Assembly (NCBI RefSeq): GCF_008831285.2
Contig: NC_045138.2
Coordinates: 1,674,001-1,738,000, forward strand
Direction: 5' to 3'
Origin: Nymphaea colorata
Lineage: Eukaryota
DNA length: 64,000 nucleotides
Part shown: positions 1 through 13,916 of the stretch, piece by piece
Layout of the letters: every line of letters begins with the position of its first letter
How positions within the stretch are numbered: position 1 is the first letter of the stretch
Notes under the pieces: generated by a model
Told to the model about the DNA's origin: nothing
The model's input: only the letters and a program-made list of their open reading frames with translations
Databases searched by the model: none
Made by a program: the position numbers and the translations under genes

Positions 1-3000
1 TTAAGAGCATGCAAATCATGTTCTCCTTCAAGGTCTACGTCAATGTCCTTTGGATTAACATCCCAATACTTGGATGATCCTGAACTGCAAGTTGCAACAA
101 AATCAAAATATGATTTAAGTTAATATTAATTTTAAACAACCAACAAAATAATAATATACATATGTATTATGTATACATATCAAAGATACGAAAAGAAAGA
201 AATACCTGTAATCATCTGAAGTACGTGAAAGTAAGCATAGGTTGGAGAGGACATAAACTAAATCTTCTGCTCGCTTACTAGTTAGCTGATTTCTCTTGAT
301 GTTGTGAATTTGAAAATAAGTGCTCCAATTTCTTTCACAACATGAAGAGGTTGCAGGTTGAGATAATAACTTCAATGCAAGTTGATGGAGATTTGGTGTC
401 ATGCTCCAAAACATAACCACCAATGAACAAGATCTTCTTCATCTCTTGCCATTGCAGCTTGTATTGAATAATTTCTTCCACCAGAGAAGGTCGCAAAATC
501 ATTATTTATTATCTTCAACCGATGAGGATCAAAAAATAGTCTTCCCAAACATATCTCCCTATTTTTTGATATTTCTGGATCTTGATTAGGAGGAACACGA
601 CCAGTACCTCCTGCAAACCATGTTTGTCCATAATATTTGAGATTTAAGGAGTGTGCCATACAATGCAAAGGGTTATTGCTTCTGTTCCATCTTCTTACTA
701 AAATTCTATGCACATGATCGAAAAACTCAGAATCATCAAGTGCAACATTCTTCTTCTCATGCCTAAAAATGATGCTTTGAATTTTTTCAATCATGTTATC
801 CCACATATCATAAACTTCATGAAGCATGGACCCTTCTTTATCAACTTCTCTCCGCATCTGTCAAATAGGTTCTGTAAACTGCAGAAAATATGTAACTTTA
901 TCCCACCATTCATCATCTAAAAATATTTTTTTTAATCTCTGATGCCTTCACAATTTCATCATTCCGATAAAAGTCACAATCATTGTCAGTCACCATAAGT
1001 GTTAATACATGTTTCACTTGCTTTATTCTTTTTATCATTACAATAATGGATGCAAAACGAGTCTCTGCTACCTTCAACAATTTCAAATCAGAATGCCTAT
1101 TAAATATAGCAAGAGCATTGTTGTGGTTTACAACAAAATTTCTGATGTTTCTAACATCATGCTCAAGCTCCTCAATCCATGAACACAACAAACCTGCATT
1201 TGGATCATCTTTTGATGGGTTGCAAATACTTTTAAGTGCTAAATTTATACTGTGTGCCACACAAGGAGTCCAAAATATGTGACTATATTTGAGATCACTT
1301 GCCAAATTCATCCATGCTCGTTGGCAAACTGGAGCATTATCAATAACAATTTGCACAACATTATCCTCACCCACTTCTTTGATGACTTCTATAAATAGCC
1401 CTTTTAAATACTCAGCATCTTTATACTCCTCAGATGCATCAACAGATTTCAAGAAGATTGGTCCATCAAGCGAATAAGCAATAAAATTTATCAGTGGCCG
1501 CCTTTGTATATCAGTCCACCCGTCAGAAACAATGGATACTCCATATTGTATCCATGAAAATTTCTTCTCTAATAATTTTTCAATGTTTGCCTTCTCTTCT
1601 GCAAGAATTACTATTCTCAACTTCTCTGAACTCGGGGGTACATAACCACTCAAACTGCAATTAGCCAAACCTGTAACAACATTTTTCCAATAAGGACTTC
1701 TAGCTACATTAAAAGGAAGTGAACTTGCAAAAAAAAACCTTCTGATCCTTCTATCCATCTCTGCCCTTCCCATATTATTGAATGCTTGTGATAATGTTTT
1801 TCTTTTCTTTGAACCATCTTCACCTTGTTCAATAGCATAAAGAGGAACATATACACTTGACTTGGCTGAAGATTTCTTCGTCCCAGCTGCATCCTGTTCT
1901 TTTTTGAATATCTGAATCTCCTCTTTGGTAACTTTTGGGCATGGTCTAATTGCAACGCTTGAGATATGCAAGAAATGTGCTTTGCAACGTGTATAAGAGC
2001 CAGTGTAAGTCATATTATATAATTTGCAAGAAAAAATTACATTCCCACCACCACCTGGTCCTTTTCCTAGTTTGTTCACATAGCGCCAAAGAGGCTGAGA
2101 TGGATTATCCTTCTCTATTGCAGTGGTATTAACACTACTACTGCTACTCACTACATTTCCACTTCCACTTACAGACATCGTTTCTCTTCCTTTATCAGCC
2201 ATTACAACTTATATGAAAAGCACCTAGCAAAAGAGTTGCAACACAGAACCAATAGAAACAAGGATCATTCCAAATAGACGAAACCTCTCATGAAACGATA
2301 TATCACACCAATATCAAATGGATTTGTTCCTAATTAATACAAGACAATATCTTATGCAGATAACATGGTACCATTGGACTCGTTCTCAATTAATACTAGA
2401 GAAAACATGATGCAAAATTCTCTCTGTCTGACTTGTTCTGAATCAGTACAAGTTAGCATGCAATATAGTTGGACTTGTTCTCAATCATTACAAGACAACA
2501 TGCAGCAAAGAATGTTCAGAAATAGGACTTCTTCTCAATCAGTATAGAACATGCAATACAGAATATGCAGACTATGTAGAATAAGGTATATGACGTGGGA
2601 AGGCCTGCATCCAAAGAAGAACAGGTCATTGTTGGACAAGGCATACCAAAATACCATTTATATGACTGAGTTCTTTTATCAATCTTGTTGTCGGCCTCTC
2701 AAGATCATCACGTTCAAGAACATTGAAGACAAAAACACCACCCAAATGCTGTAAGATCATCGCCCCTGCCGTCGCCAGCGGTGACGACAGAGGCGGAGCC
2801 GATGAAAATGAACAGAAAAATGACAAAAACAAAAATATACCGCCGCCGTTCGCCTCTTGTCGTCGCCATTCGTCTACCGTCGCCGGCCGCCGCCCTTGCC
2901 TTCGTCGCCGGCTGTCGCAAGGTGAGAAGATAACGAAACCCTTAAAACGAAAATATGTTTTAAGGGTTTCGAACTTTCATTTTTTTTTAACGTTAAAATG

Positions 3001-3219
3001 GTTTTAAACGATAAAATCCAATAACCGTTAAAATTAAAAAAGGACACATTTGGACTCTGTCAAAGTTGACCGTGTCCAAAAAAGGTCAAAAATGACCTTT
3101 AGTGCATTGACCGTCAACGCGCACCACAGGCGTACCCAACCCCGTACCCGTACCGGTACCAGTGTCGTACCGGTACCATACGGGTACTCCTCCTTTGAAG
3201 GAGTACCCGTGTGACATAG
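1..3219 (-). mobile_element. hAT DNA transposon, 5' portion; other end outside the window
   Basis: Terminus reads CTATGTCACACGGGTAC on the minus strand from 3219, with clustered GGTAC/GTACC subterminal motifs at 3130-3210, a GC-rich leader at 2755-2920, then the transposase. Interrupts Ty3 RNase H at HPVAY. Confidence 0.85.
115..2202 (-). pseudogene. Decayed hAT transposase (BED finger, DUF659-like core, C-terminal dimerisation domain)
   Basis: ORFs 913-2202, 399-857 and 115-423 join into one transposase: PLWRYV..FSCKLY..RCKAHFL (degenerate BED finger), VSDGWTD, VIDNA, ETRFAS, PLHCMAHSLN, SSCCERNWS. Lesions: frameshift near 920-933, TGA at 861-863, frameshift near 400. Confidence 0.92.
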
Positions 3220-4928
3220 GCCACAGGATGCTGATTTTGGCTCAGCACTGCACCCACTCCCACACTAGAGGCGTCTGTTTCTACCACAAATGTGAGTATA
3301 AAGTCAGGCATCTGCAACACAAAGGCTGTAGTAATTGCTTCCTTCAGTGCATTGAAGGCTTTCTCAACCTTCTAATCCCACCAGAACTGCCCTCTCTTGG
3401 TGAGGGCAATCAGTGGTGCTGCTACTAACCCATACTTCCAGACCAATTTGCAGAAGTAGCCTGCCAATCCTCAAAACGCTTTTAGCTCCACACCGTCTGT
3501 GGCTGCCGCCATTCGCAAACCGTGGCTACCTTATCCTCTTCCACACTTACCTGCCCTTTGCTGATCACATGCCCCAAATAAGAGGTCTGTCTGGTCCCAA
3601 ACGTGCATTTGTTCATTTTTGCCCTTGGTTGATTCCTTCTCACCACTTCTAATACTATGCACAAATGATGGACATGCTCCCCTTCTTCTCAACTGTACAC
3701 CAATATATCATAGAAGAACACGAGGATGAATTTGCGCAGAAATTGTCATTCGTGATAGATTGAAATGTGGCTGGTGCATTCATCAGCTTAAAGGGCATGA
3801 TAGTCAATTCATAATGTCTATCATAAGTGAGAAAGGCCATTTTGGCACATCCTTGGTGGCCACTCGAATTTGGTGATACCCTGACCATAAGTCCAACTTT
3901 GAGAAATACACTCCATGGAGTTCGTCCAACAAGTCATTGGTAACTGGGATCGGATACCGATCCTTCACGGTTACGGCATTGAGCCCCCTGTACTTGACAC
4001 AAAACCTAACAATTACCATCCTTCTTCTTCACTAGTAGGGCAGGAGACGCGAATGGACTGTGGTTGGGTCCACTTATTCCCATCTTCAACATTTCCTGTA
4101 CCATGTTTTCTAAGGCTTCCCTCTGCGCTCTACTGCAGCAGTATGGCCTTTGTTTAATAGCTAGTGCGCCTTGGTACAACTCAATTTTGTGATCATGAAC
4201 TCGGCTAGGGGGAACACCCATCAGAGGGGGTAAAAAGACATCTTGGAATTCTTGAAGCAGATGATTTAGGCTTCCTTGATCAACTTCAGATCACTGCACG
4301 CTGGTGTGATTCTTGTCGCCTAGAGGTGCTTCTGCTGACAACAGGAGGAAGGAAGCAACAGTTCCCTTAATGAATTTTAAGTTTAACATCGGTACTTCTT
4401 CCAGGGGCTTCTTAGCTGCTGTTTCCAACGTGAGTGGTCCTTGATCCTTGTTATGAAAGTGCATTTTCATGCTCATGAAGTCCCTTTACCACTTCCTTAA
4501 AGGTTCAAAGCTATTGAATGCCTAGCACCAAGTTGGCCCCAACCATGGCTAAGGTGTACAGCTCCACTTGAGAACAGTGGTCTTGAATCTCCAACACTAT
4601 GCGCTGCATTTTCCCCTAAATTTTAATGCACTGCCATTGCCCACTACTACATCAAAAGAAGGTTGGGATTTGATGTGGCATCCTAATGTCCTTGCTGAGT
4701 TCTCTGCAATGAAATTGTGGGTTAATCCTGTGTCAACCAACACATTGATCTTTTGGTCTCTCAAACACTATTCTAAATGCATGAGTTGGGAAACCTCGTT
4801 GCTCGCCAATGCGGGAGTAAGATGTCTGGTAGACCCTCGTTAGCCTACCCCATGAATCTGCCTTCTTTTTCTGCAGGTTCAATTTCGTCTTCAGGAGCTT
4901 CATCCTTCTCAAGCAGATACATGTGCAG
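3220..4928 (-). mobile_element. Ty3/gypsy LTR-retrotransposon pol remnant (protease-RT-RNase H), heavily frameshifted
   Basis: INVLVDTGLTHNF (protease, about 4710-4750); [76 protein letters not shown] (RT); [25 protein letters not shown] (RNase H). No LTR seen. Confidence 0.92.
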
Positions 4929-5017
4929 CTATATCACATAGGTACGGGTACGGGTGCCGGTGTGGGTGCGGGTATGAGTAGTGACCATTTTCAAAAAACT
5001 TGGGTGCGTGGGTATGG

Positions 5018-5068
<51 letters not shown>

Positions 5069-5397
5069 CAATAAAAAATACTTAAAAAATATGTATCAAA
5101 ATAAAGAATATACATCAACATAAACAAATAAATAACATAGAAAATATATATCAACAGCTCTTGCAGCAGTGTGTTTAAGAAACCTATGAAAAACTTTAAA
5201 CATATGGACAACCAAGCAGCCCCCTAGTCAAATATGAACATCAATCGAATAGAATAAAAAGTAAGGTGGAAGAAATTAAATCAAAGTAAAATTAAGCAGT
5301 TTGGATCTATAGGTACCCAAGTGTCAAAGCACCTATTTTGGGTACGGGTATGGCGACACGGGTACGTGGACCGTACTGAAGCACCCATGTGACTTAG
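4929..5397. mobile_element. Non-autonomous hAT element (MITE) of the CTATGTCAC-terminus family
   Basis: Ends CTATATCACATAGGTAC and GCACCCATGTGACTTAG, GGGTAC subterminal repeats, internal (TA)n. Flanking 8-mers ATGTGCAG and GTTAAACC do not match. Confidence 0.75.
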
Positions 5398-6482
5398 GTT
5401 AAACCCACCTCTTATTTGTCCGACTCAGCCAAACTTGGATGACTCGGCCCTGTCATCTCATGACTCAGCTGAGCCTTGATGATTCCTCATTTTTCCATTC
5501 TCTCCATCAGGTTGAGGACCGAGTCAGCTGAATCAACACAGTTGACTCGACCTAGTTTAACACTCAGGAACTTTACTTCAGGTTGAATATTGACCAATCT
5601 AGCAACTCCTTGTTTTCATATGAAAGAGATCTCTTTCATAGTCAGGCGTTTCTACAAATCCTCATGGTTAAAAATAACTGTTCTAACTTCTAACAACCCA
5701 CTCATAAATGCACATTTGTGCTTGGATGCAGAAAGGTATTACAAGTCCACAATAGCGACCTATAACTATGATCTACCAATTTTTAATATGCTTCCAGATA
5801 CAAACATCCAATATGTAATTCCAGAACCCAGAAGTCTTACAACCACAAGATTACACCACACTCTGTGGTATCATTATCAGACAAAATAATCAGAATGTAT
5901 TAACATAGAACCATTTGAATCACATTATGACCATGATTCATCAAATTGCATGACTCTTACCAGATACAAGCACTGCATACATCGTTTCAGAATCCAGCAG
6001 TCTTTACAACCAAAAGAATACAACACACACTGTTATGTCATTATCAAACAAAACAACCAGAATGTTAACAGAGAATTATTCAGCACAGACACTGACAAGA
6101 CCCCACATAATCTACTCTACATAGGAATTAGCAGGCTGTATGTTATAGGCCTAAATCAAATCAACAGAGAGAGAATCTGCATTGATGAACTCGATGAATA
6201 TATCTCTAGCAATTTTTTCTCTTACTAAGTAACATACTTTGTTAATGCCCATGAAAGAAGATCAGGAGATCAGTGTCCAACTGAAAGTTTGTTTGTATAA
6301 CCCCATTGCAACTGGGTCAGGTGATCTATTGCACTATGTTTCGTGGAGTATAACCCCAGAAGATGATTGATTAGTGACTCGCACGTGTACAAGCTTTACC
6401 AGGTAAAAATGATGGACAAATTTAAGCTGTTGGAGGGCCAATGAATGACAAATATGAGTACTATAATCTAAAGCAATAATAC

Positions 6483-9208
6483 CTGCTTGAAGTGCCCATG
6501 AACCAAGGCAATTGTCCAACGTGTACTTTTACACTGGTCTCGAATTGCTTTTGTAAGATATGCATTCCAAACAAAAATGTTGTCATATGGCATCCCTTCC
6601 TCCCCAATTGCCAGCACATTTTTTTGCAAGCTTCGCATGATAGGATATGTATAACTATAAAAGAAATCTTTGGTCAGGTCAACGCTGGAAAAAAGCTTCT
6701 TGTACCTGAAAAAACATGCAACGAATTTTCAGACAAAAAACCAGGTGAAGAAAATTATAAATTTATACTGCATTAAACAGAAAATTGAAAAAAAAAAGTC
6801 TAATTCAAAAGTCTTTGCTGGCATCTTAAAGCACCAAAACAAAATGCTAGAGTAACGACAGTGCACCATCTTTGAAGAATTGCACAAAAAAATTTGGGAA
6901 CTCTAAGGTAAAAACTTACAAAACAAGTGAAAAGTTGCTTGTTATATAAAAACCAAGAAATCACTTCCAAGTTTCTAAATTGAGCATCTATGAACATGTT
7001 TGAGAATGAAAAGTATGTGTATGTTTTGAGAATGAAAAGTATGTAAGCAGAAAACTTTGTGCAATAAATTTTATCATTTTGAGGTATGAGACCTTCTATA
7101 AGCTTGCTTCTCCAGTCCCTTTCAAGTTTTAACTATATCTAGGACAAGAAACTTAAGATACATAGGAGGCGGAAATGATTATCTAAATGGGAAATGCCAT
7201 AAACAGCTGAGACACTTTTTATTGTCTTTTTTTTACAAATTGTTAAATGGCAGCGTACTTTCTCAAGCTAAATGCATGTAAGCATAAATAAAAAGTATGT
7301 GCAAGTAAATCAAGAACCGCCAAGTTTCCTATGAAACTAACTGATATTCTTAATTTTCATGCTTTGCTGATGCAGAGATATGTTTCAATCAAAATGAAAA
7401 AGGAAGGTCTTATTTCCATCCTTTTTCCCCACCCCCAACCTTCCCCCTCACCCCCCCCCCCCCCTCTCCAACCACCCAGAAAAAAAAAAAGTCATGACTT
7501 CACCAATTATATCCATCAAAGAAAAGCAAGCACATAGCATGTAAAACACAGTTGTAGATGTTTTCTATACCTACAAGAGTACAAAGTATTGTATTGGCAG
7601 AAAGCAGTTAACAAAGATAACCACGGAAACTCTGAACTTGCCATATTGAAAATTTGAAAAGGACGTCAATGGTAAAAAAGGCTGTGATGATCCTTATCAT
7701 TTCTTGTGTTCATTTTTATATTGCGAACATGGTCATTGTACTTTCTCCGAAAAGGAGCATGGACATTTATCTTTATGTTGTTACAACTACATATCACTAA
7801 GTGGATGATTCTTTCATTTTAAATTTCCAATTCCTATACTATCTAGAATTTCCAGCTATACTATTCTAAGACTACCTTTGTGGAGATGTAGCTACAAACT
7901 TGCACGTCCACTGTAACTGTAATTGAAGCACTCAAGAGTCAAGATAGTAACAGGTAGGGGCCAGTAAGGGCATAATTCTGGGAGATTCGTCCCGTCAGGA
8001 AAGAAAATAAAAGAAGATGAATTCGATATTAAGTAATAAAGGACAAACAAAAACCTGAGTTCAGTCTTGGAGTGTGCCATATCAGTCTGTATAGATGAAT
8101 GTGGTACTGTGATTAACTGGCTTTCCTCAATGCTATATATGGCATGCCCGCAGACACATCCTATCTGTCTTCGCTTTGTCACTAAGATAAGATAATATGA
8201 CTCCAAAAATTTTATGCAACCTGAAATTCGCCAAGAACTTGATCTACTTAAAGCACGGGAGTTAATTAGCGGATTAAATCAGACAAACAACAGGTGAATA
8301 TTGAAGAAATATAACCTGATGAATACTAAGAATAAATTAAAGATTGCTAATTCAGGCCAAATTGATGAAACGCAGAAGAGTCTACCTGCGATTCCATAGA
8401 CTTTTGCAACGAAAGTGAGGCCTCCAGTCGCACGGTTCCCTTCGCTAATACGCTGAAGCAAATTCTTGATTTCTAAAGGCGAATACACAACAGGATCTTC
8501 ACTAACGTTCAGCTCGGACGGCTCAGACCTGTCGATCTTGAGCACGCGGAAGAACATTTTGAGACGATCGCTTCCTATTAGATAGAACCTCTGCAATGAA
8601 GCATTGAACTGATGTATCAGCACGCGGATAGAAGACGACGAACTAGACCTAAAGCTTCAACCAAATGGAAGAGCCAGCCGGAAGCAAAAGACCGATTCTA
8701 ATAATCAAATGGCAATCAACTAAGAAAAAATCTGAACGTCCAGTTGTAGAACCCGGACAAAGCCAAAGATAAACCCTAATTCAAGCTTCGAAAAAAACAA
8801 ATTCGATCCGGTTTTCCACTCTACCGACGACAAAACAAGAACGTCTTTAACGGAGAAGATAGCAACTCCAACATGTCAGAAGCTTCTGTCCGTAATCGTC
8901 GATAATACTTTCAACGGCTTGAGTGAAACTCCAACTCGTCGTTCCTTAATAAAATGACGAACTCATCGCGTAAGAGGACCACTGATTCGCAGCCACAGCA
9001 GGCGAATCCAAGTCAATTCTCGAACCAAAGACGCAACTGGGGGTTCATCCCTTTTCCTTACCGCTCTCGTCTCGTAAAGCCTGAATTTCTCGAGCGAACA
9101 GCTGTTTGGGTCGACATCGGAGTCGCTTGACTGAGTGCTTTTGCTAGCGAATGGCAGATAGGAAGGGAGGGCCGACGAATTGTGCGTCGAATTCTCCGGC
9201 TTCGCCAT
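6483..9208 (-). CDS. SAC1: Phosphoinositide phosphatase SAC1/FRA7-like (FIG4 family), first four coding exons; gene continues beyond position 1
   Basis: Exons 9208-9062, 8590-8386, 8220-8055, 6705-6483, all GT-AG and phase-consistent. Protein MAKPENS..LEKFRLYETRA/RFYLIGSD..LKIDRSEPSELNVSEDP..VYGIAG/CIKFLESYYLILVTKRRQIG..KTELR/YKKLFSSVDLTKDFFYSYTY..LVHGHFKQ matches my recollection of Arabidopsis SAC1. Confidence 0.95.
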
Positions 9209-11716
9209 CCGGCCACCGGAAACTAAGACTTCCCGTTGACGCTGACGGGCAAGAAAATGGCGTACAACGTCCGGCCTTTGACGCCGGAGTACGTCGTAAT
9301 TTTTTTCGGATGTGCTTATTTATGGTTCCATATTTTGGGCTCAATGGGTTGGACTGGATCTCTTTGAACGGGTCGGACCCGAAAAGAAGCACCTGGAGCG
9401 TACGTTTCAATTTGGTTCCAGCCCATTCAATTAGCCGATTTGGATTAGAATTTTGTCAACTCTCAATTAAATTAAAATTAAGCATTAAGGATATTAGACC
9501 TCGCGTCAAGCCGGCCCGGCCTGACTCTAATCCTTATCATTGAGCTGGCCCGGCTCTATAAGAGTTGGGCTCTGATGCTCAAAACCTGAGCTTGATGCAT
9601 GAAATCCAAGCCTTGGCCTAGCTCGGTTAAAATAAAAAAAATAAATATAAAATAAAATTTTTGAATATAAAATATATTTTTAATAATAATATATATTATT
9701 ATTAAATAAAAATAATATAAAAATTAATCAGGCCTGGTATCGAGTACCTGTCGAGTACCAGGGCCCGCTGCCCAAGCTTAATAAGGATGACACTAGATTT
9801 GAAGGATGCACATATTGAACAAGTCTCACAATAAGTTGAAACCTTTGGGATATATATATAGTCTTAAACATTCAAAATTAAGCGGAACCCTAATAATTTT
9901 AAAGCATCCAATCATGTTTCACAAATTGTGAAATGACCAAATTTCCCTTGTTAAAATGAAAGATCTCAACTAAATTGGATTTGAATTGATTTCCAATGTT
10001 TTGGAAGTTCACTTATTTGCATTCCAAAATATCATATTCAAGTTTGGTTTTTTAAATTCACGTGATACATTTGATCGTAATTTGACTTTTAATTCACATC
10101 CAGATTCAAACCCTACTTTTAAATACACAAATAAGTCATAACCGCATTGATACGTTAAAAACCAACTTTCAAAGTGTGTGGATATCAAAGATATAATATC
10201 TATTTAAAACCAAATCTGAATTTTGATTTGTTTAAAACTAAATTTGAGTCAAATTTGATATCACTTGTTAAAACAGAATGTGGTTTGATTTTTAATTGGA
10301 TGTTAAAATTCTTTGATATCCAATTTTCTAAAGCAATGATTTTGGATATCTGATATAACTTGGTTTATTGACATCCCTATATTACATGGAAGAAAGTGGA
10401 GTGTTAGTATTGTTTTAAAAAGTATAAATAGTCATCTTCCACACAATAATAAGTGTAAAACATTGTAACTAATACCATATCTAGCATTTTCCATCATAAA
10501 AAAATCTATTCCTTTGTATTTCCAATGGATCTAGTATTCGAAATCCGACCTACTTATGGGTTCGAACTTTTAGTCTAGCATATTTCAACCCACCTCTTAG
10601 CAGTTTCGGCTCAACCTCCAAAATGCTAGAAACCAAGGTAACCTTCTTTATAAACTCTTGATGGGCCCTCACAAATTTCAATAAAGAGACTAAATTTTTG
10701 GGGTAAGACTCGGATACTATTATAACAGCTGGACCCATTTCTGCGCTCAAACTCTTAGTCTGGTAGTTTCCAACCCACCTCTTAGAGGTATTGGCTCGTT
10801 CTTAAAAGTAAGAACCAAGACAACCATATGTTTAATAACTTCCTTTATAAGTCGTTGAAAATCCCTCGATTATACGAAACTAAATTTTTTTGGTGTTATC
10901 GGTGTTCAGTACAAATAGTTTGTTCTTCTTCAAATGTGATTTTTGGTGTTAAGACATTTTATTTGTGATGGTACAATGTGATAACAAACAATGTAACTAT
11001 TTTCTTATCAATTTGTATGAAAAAAATTTATATTAAATAAATTATAAAAGACCCTTTAATGCCTGGACAATTACAACTTATCGGACAGGACAAGAAACCG
11101 CTTAAAACATGTCCAATAGTTGAAAAATGCCGGACTTTGAATCCCATTGTTCAAACACAATAGAGGATTTCCTATGACAAAACTATGGCAAGAGGGTCGT
11201 GTGAGAGATAGAGTGTCGCAAGGTGCCCGTTTCCACATTTAAGATATACCTTCGTATGTGTCGCAGAACCAGAAGGCAGAAAGGCACTCGTATGTAGCGA
11301 ACCGATTTTAAAGTATTTTTAAAAAAGTTTGAAAGGCACCAATATGTAATAAGAAAAAGTATATGCGAGCACTAAAATGCGAATAACTAAATTACACAAC
11401 TTTGCGTGGTAGTTGCCCGTAAGGTTGGGCATCAGAAAAATGTAAAAATCAAAGCCCCACATTAAAAATGGGCCGGGCCGGCCCGATGCCTAGGCTTAGT
11501 TGCCCGAGCTGCTTGGCTCCGCCTCTGGTGTCACAAGAATATGATGACTAAAGAAATGCACCTTGAATATTGTCACATAAAATGTGCAGATGTCAAAGTG
11601 CATATATAAATTTATTTTAGATCCATTTTTAAACCAATCTATTATTGATCATTCTAGGTTTTTTGTTACTCTGAATAACTTTTAAGAATGGGATATTAAA
11701 ATGGTTCTTTTTGTAA

Positions 11717-12093
11717 GGAGGTGTTCGATGATGTGGGAGTTGTGAAATTTTAGAATTAAATTATTTATTTTTGTGAAAATGAGAATTACATTATCAAATA
11801 AAGAATTTGATTTTGGAATTATAGGCTTATTATTGAATCAAAATTATAATTATATTCTGAAAGGTAAAATTATGATTCCAATATTTTAGAATTTTTTTAA
11901 TGATTTTAGTTCATTAATTTTATTAGTTTGAATTTATGGCTTATTGAACTGTCATTTTCAAATCAAAATTATGAGCTATCAAACACAAAGAGGAACTACA
12001 ACTTAAATTTTTATTTCAATTTCATTAAAAGCAGAAATTTTGTGTTTAAAAATTTGATTATAAAATCAAAATTCAAGTCCATCGAACGCCCCA
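11717..12093. mobile_element. Tourist-like (PIF/Harbinger) MITE
   Basis: Imperfect TIR GGAGGTGTTCGATG / CATCGAACGCCCC, TAA on both sides, AT-rich interior. Confidence 0.6.
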
Positions 12094-13912
12094 TAAGACA
12101 TTCTACAAGCGGTTCATATACTGCCTTGAATTTCTTTGAAACAGATATATGTAAAAATATAAATTTGGAAAAGATATGTTGCTTTTTTTCTACCTTTTGG
12201 GAAAAATCAACTGCATTTGTGTAAAAAAGTGGTAGTTATAAAAGGTTTTTAATTTTTAAACATGCATTTTAAGATTCATACTTTTTAGATAATGCACATT
12301 TTTATTTCAAAAGATTGAAATGGTTTACTCCTGAAGTTATATTTTCATATTCTCGATTTTGTCTTACTGAACAAATTAAGGAAAAGTTAGAATTGTTTAT
12401 GACATAATTTTACGTTAATATTAAAATAAACACTGATCTGCAAGAATGGATGAGATTAATTATAAATATATATTTATTGGCCCAACCTTACTCAGCCAAA
12501 TAATAGCTATATATATATTTTCTTTAATCATAAATACTATTATTTATATTTTTAAATTATAATTTGGCCGAGCTGTGGATACATTGGGTCCGCTGAGTAA
12601 AATTGAAAAATGGTTTCACCTTCCAAACAGAAACTAGCCCATAATAAATATTATTAATTATTAAAAAATGACAATATTGTTTAGTGTTTAGAAAACGATA
12701 AATCATAACAAAATTTTAAAAGTTTATAATTATTCTTTCAATTTTTGTTAGGAATTTTTCAAAGATTGATAGAAAATATTATTTTTTGATGTAAAATAAC
12801 AAAAATTATAATTTTAAATGTAAGAAATAGTTTGGTAATCTTATATTATTTTATGTAGGCCGTTTTATTTTTTTAACTTGAATGCTTTGATCTCGGATGT
12901 CTTGGAAGAGACTCAAACACTTAGCGTGAAAATCTAAAAGTTGAACCATAATTTATTATTTATTCAAATATTTGGCGATAACACGTGTTCATTGCAAGCG
13001 CCATCCTCGGATCTCGATCACGGAATTGAGCGATTCTTTGGGGTGCCTTTGAATCACGGAGACCACCTTCAATCACGATTGGTTGACCTTCTTTTTCTTT
13101 TTTTCTAGCTTTTCTCCTTTCTTCATCCCTTCCATCTCTCTGATCGCTAGCTGAAGAAGATCTCGCCTCATCCGCTTGCTTTCCTTCAATTCCTCGACTC
13201 AAATCTCGCGGTTGGTATTGTTCTTTTCCATTCCTTTTAACGAATTACTCGAAATCCAATTGATACTTCCTGAAACGTTATCAGAATTTTGGATAACTTT
13301 TTTAATGATGGACTCATTGTGGTCTGATTCTGGTTTGGAAGAGGGAAAACCCATAACCACGTCTTTTTCTTTCTTGAAGAGACTCTATCTTCGGCAATTA
13401 ATGTTTCTGAATTTTTAGATCCGCTTCTTCGAGAAGGACAAAATCAAAGTAGGCAATGCATTAAGTCTTTTCACGTATCGTTGAAGGGAAACTCCAGTCA
13501 TGACCTTCACATGAGCAAATTCACCTCTTCTTTTCTTTTTCCCTGCTCGTTTACTAAAACTTTGCGAGATGCATATCATAGCTGGCTCAGTTGTAAATCG
13601 GTTAAAAATGTAGAAAATTACTTTTTTGAAAAGAAAGCACATAAAAATTAATTAAAAATTAAAAAATAATTAAAAGCTGATATATGGCACCCTTGAATTG
13701 TCCATTGTATAAAATTGGTTTGCTATCTATGCGATTCAAATCGTTCGATCAGGCTGATTTTGACAACATTGGTTTATCATATAGTCTTTCTCTTAAAAAA
13801 AAAAATTATCATGATTGTCTACGTGAGATTGGGAGTCCATTTGAAATTGGCATAATTGATAAAGTTTTATTGCAGATTCAAGAACACTTAACTGTGTCCA
13901 CTCATTTGGATT
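11897..13912 (+). repeat. Tandem duplication block A, copy 1 (paired with 16543-18817)
   Basis: Collinear high-identity match including GGCCGAGCTGTGGATACA, GCGCCATCCTCGGATCTCGATCACGG and TTGCAGATTCAAGAACACTTAACTGTGTCCAC; differs by several indels. Confidence 0.92.
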
Positions 13913-13916
13913 GAAA

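Noticed and set aside
9151..9543. 130-aa plus-strand ORF over the SAC1 start
   Set aside because: GC-rich promoter and exon 1 antisense; no recognisable protein.
12960..13202. ORF MSRGIEGKQ.. repeated at 17687-17980
   Set aside because: Antisense of a CT-rich leader; it recurs only because of the duplication, and the copies differ by indels.
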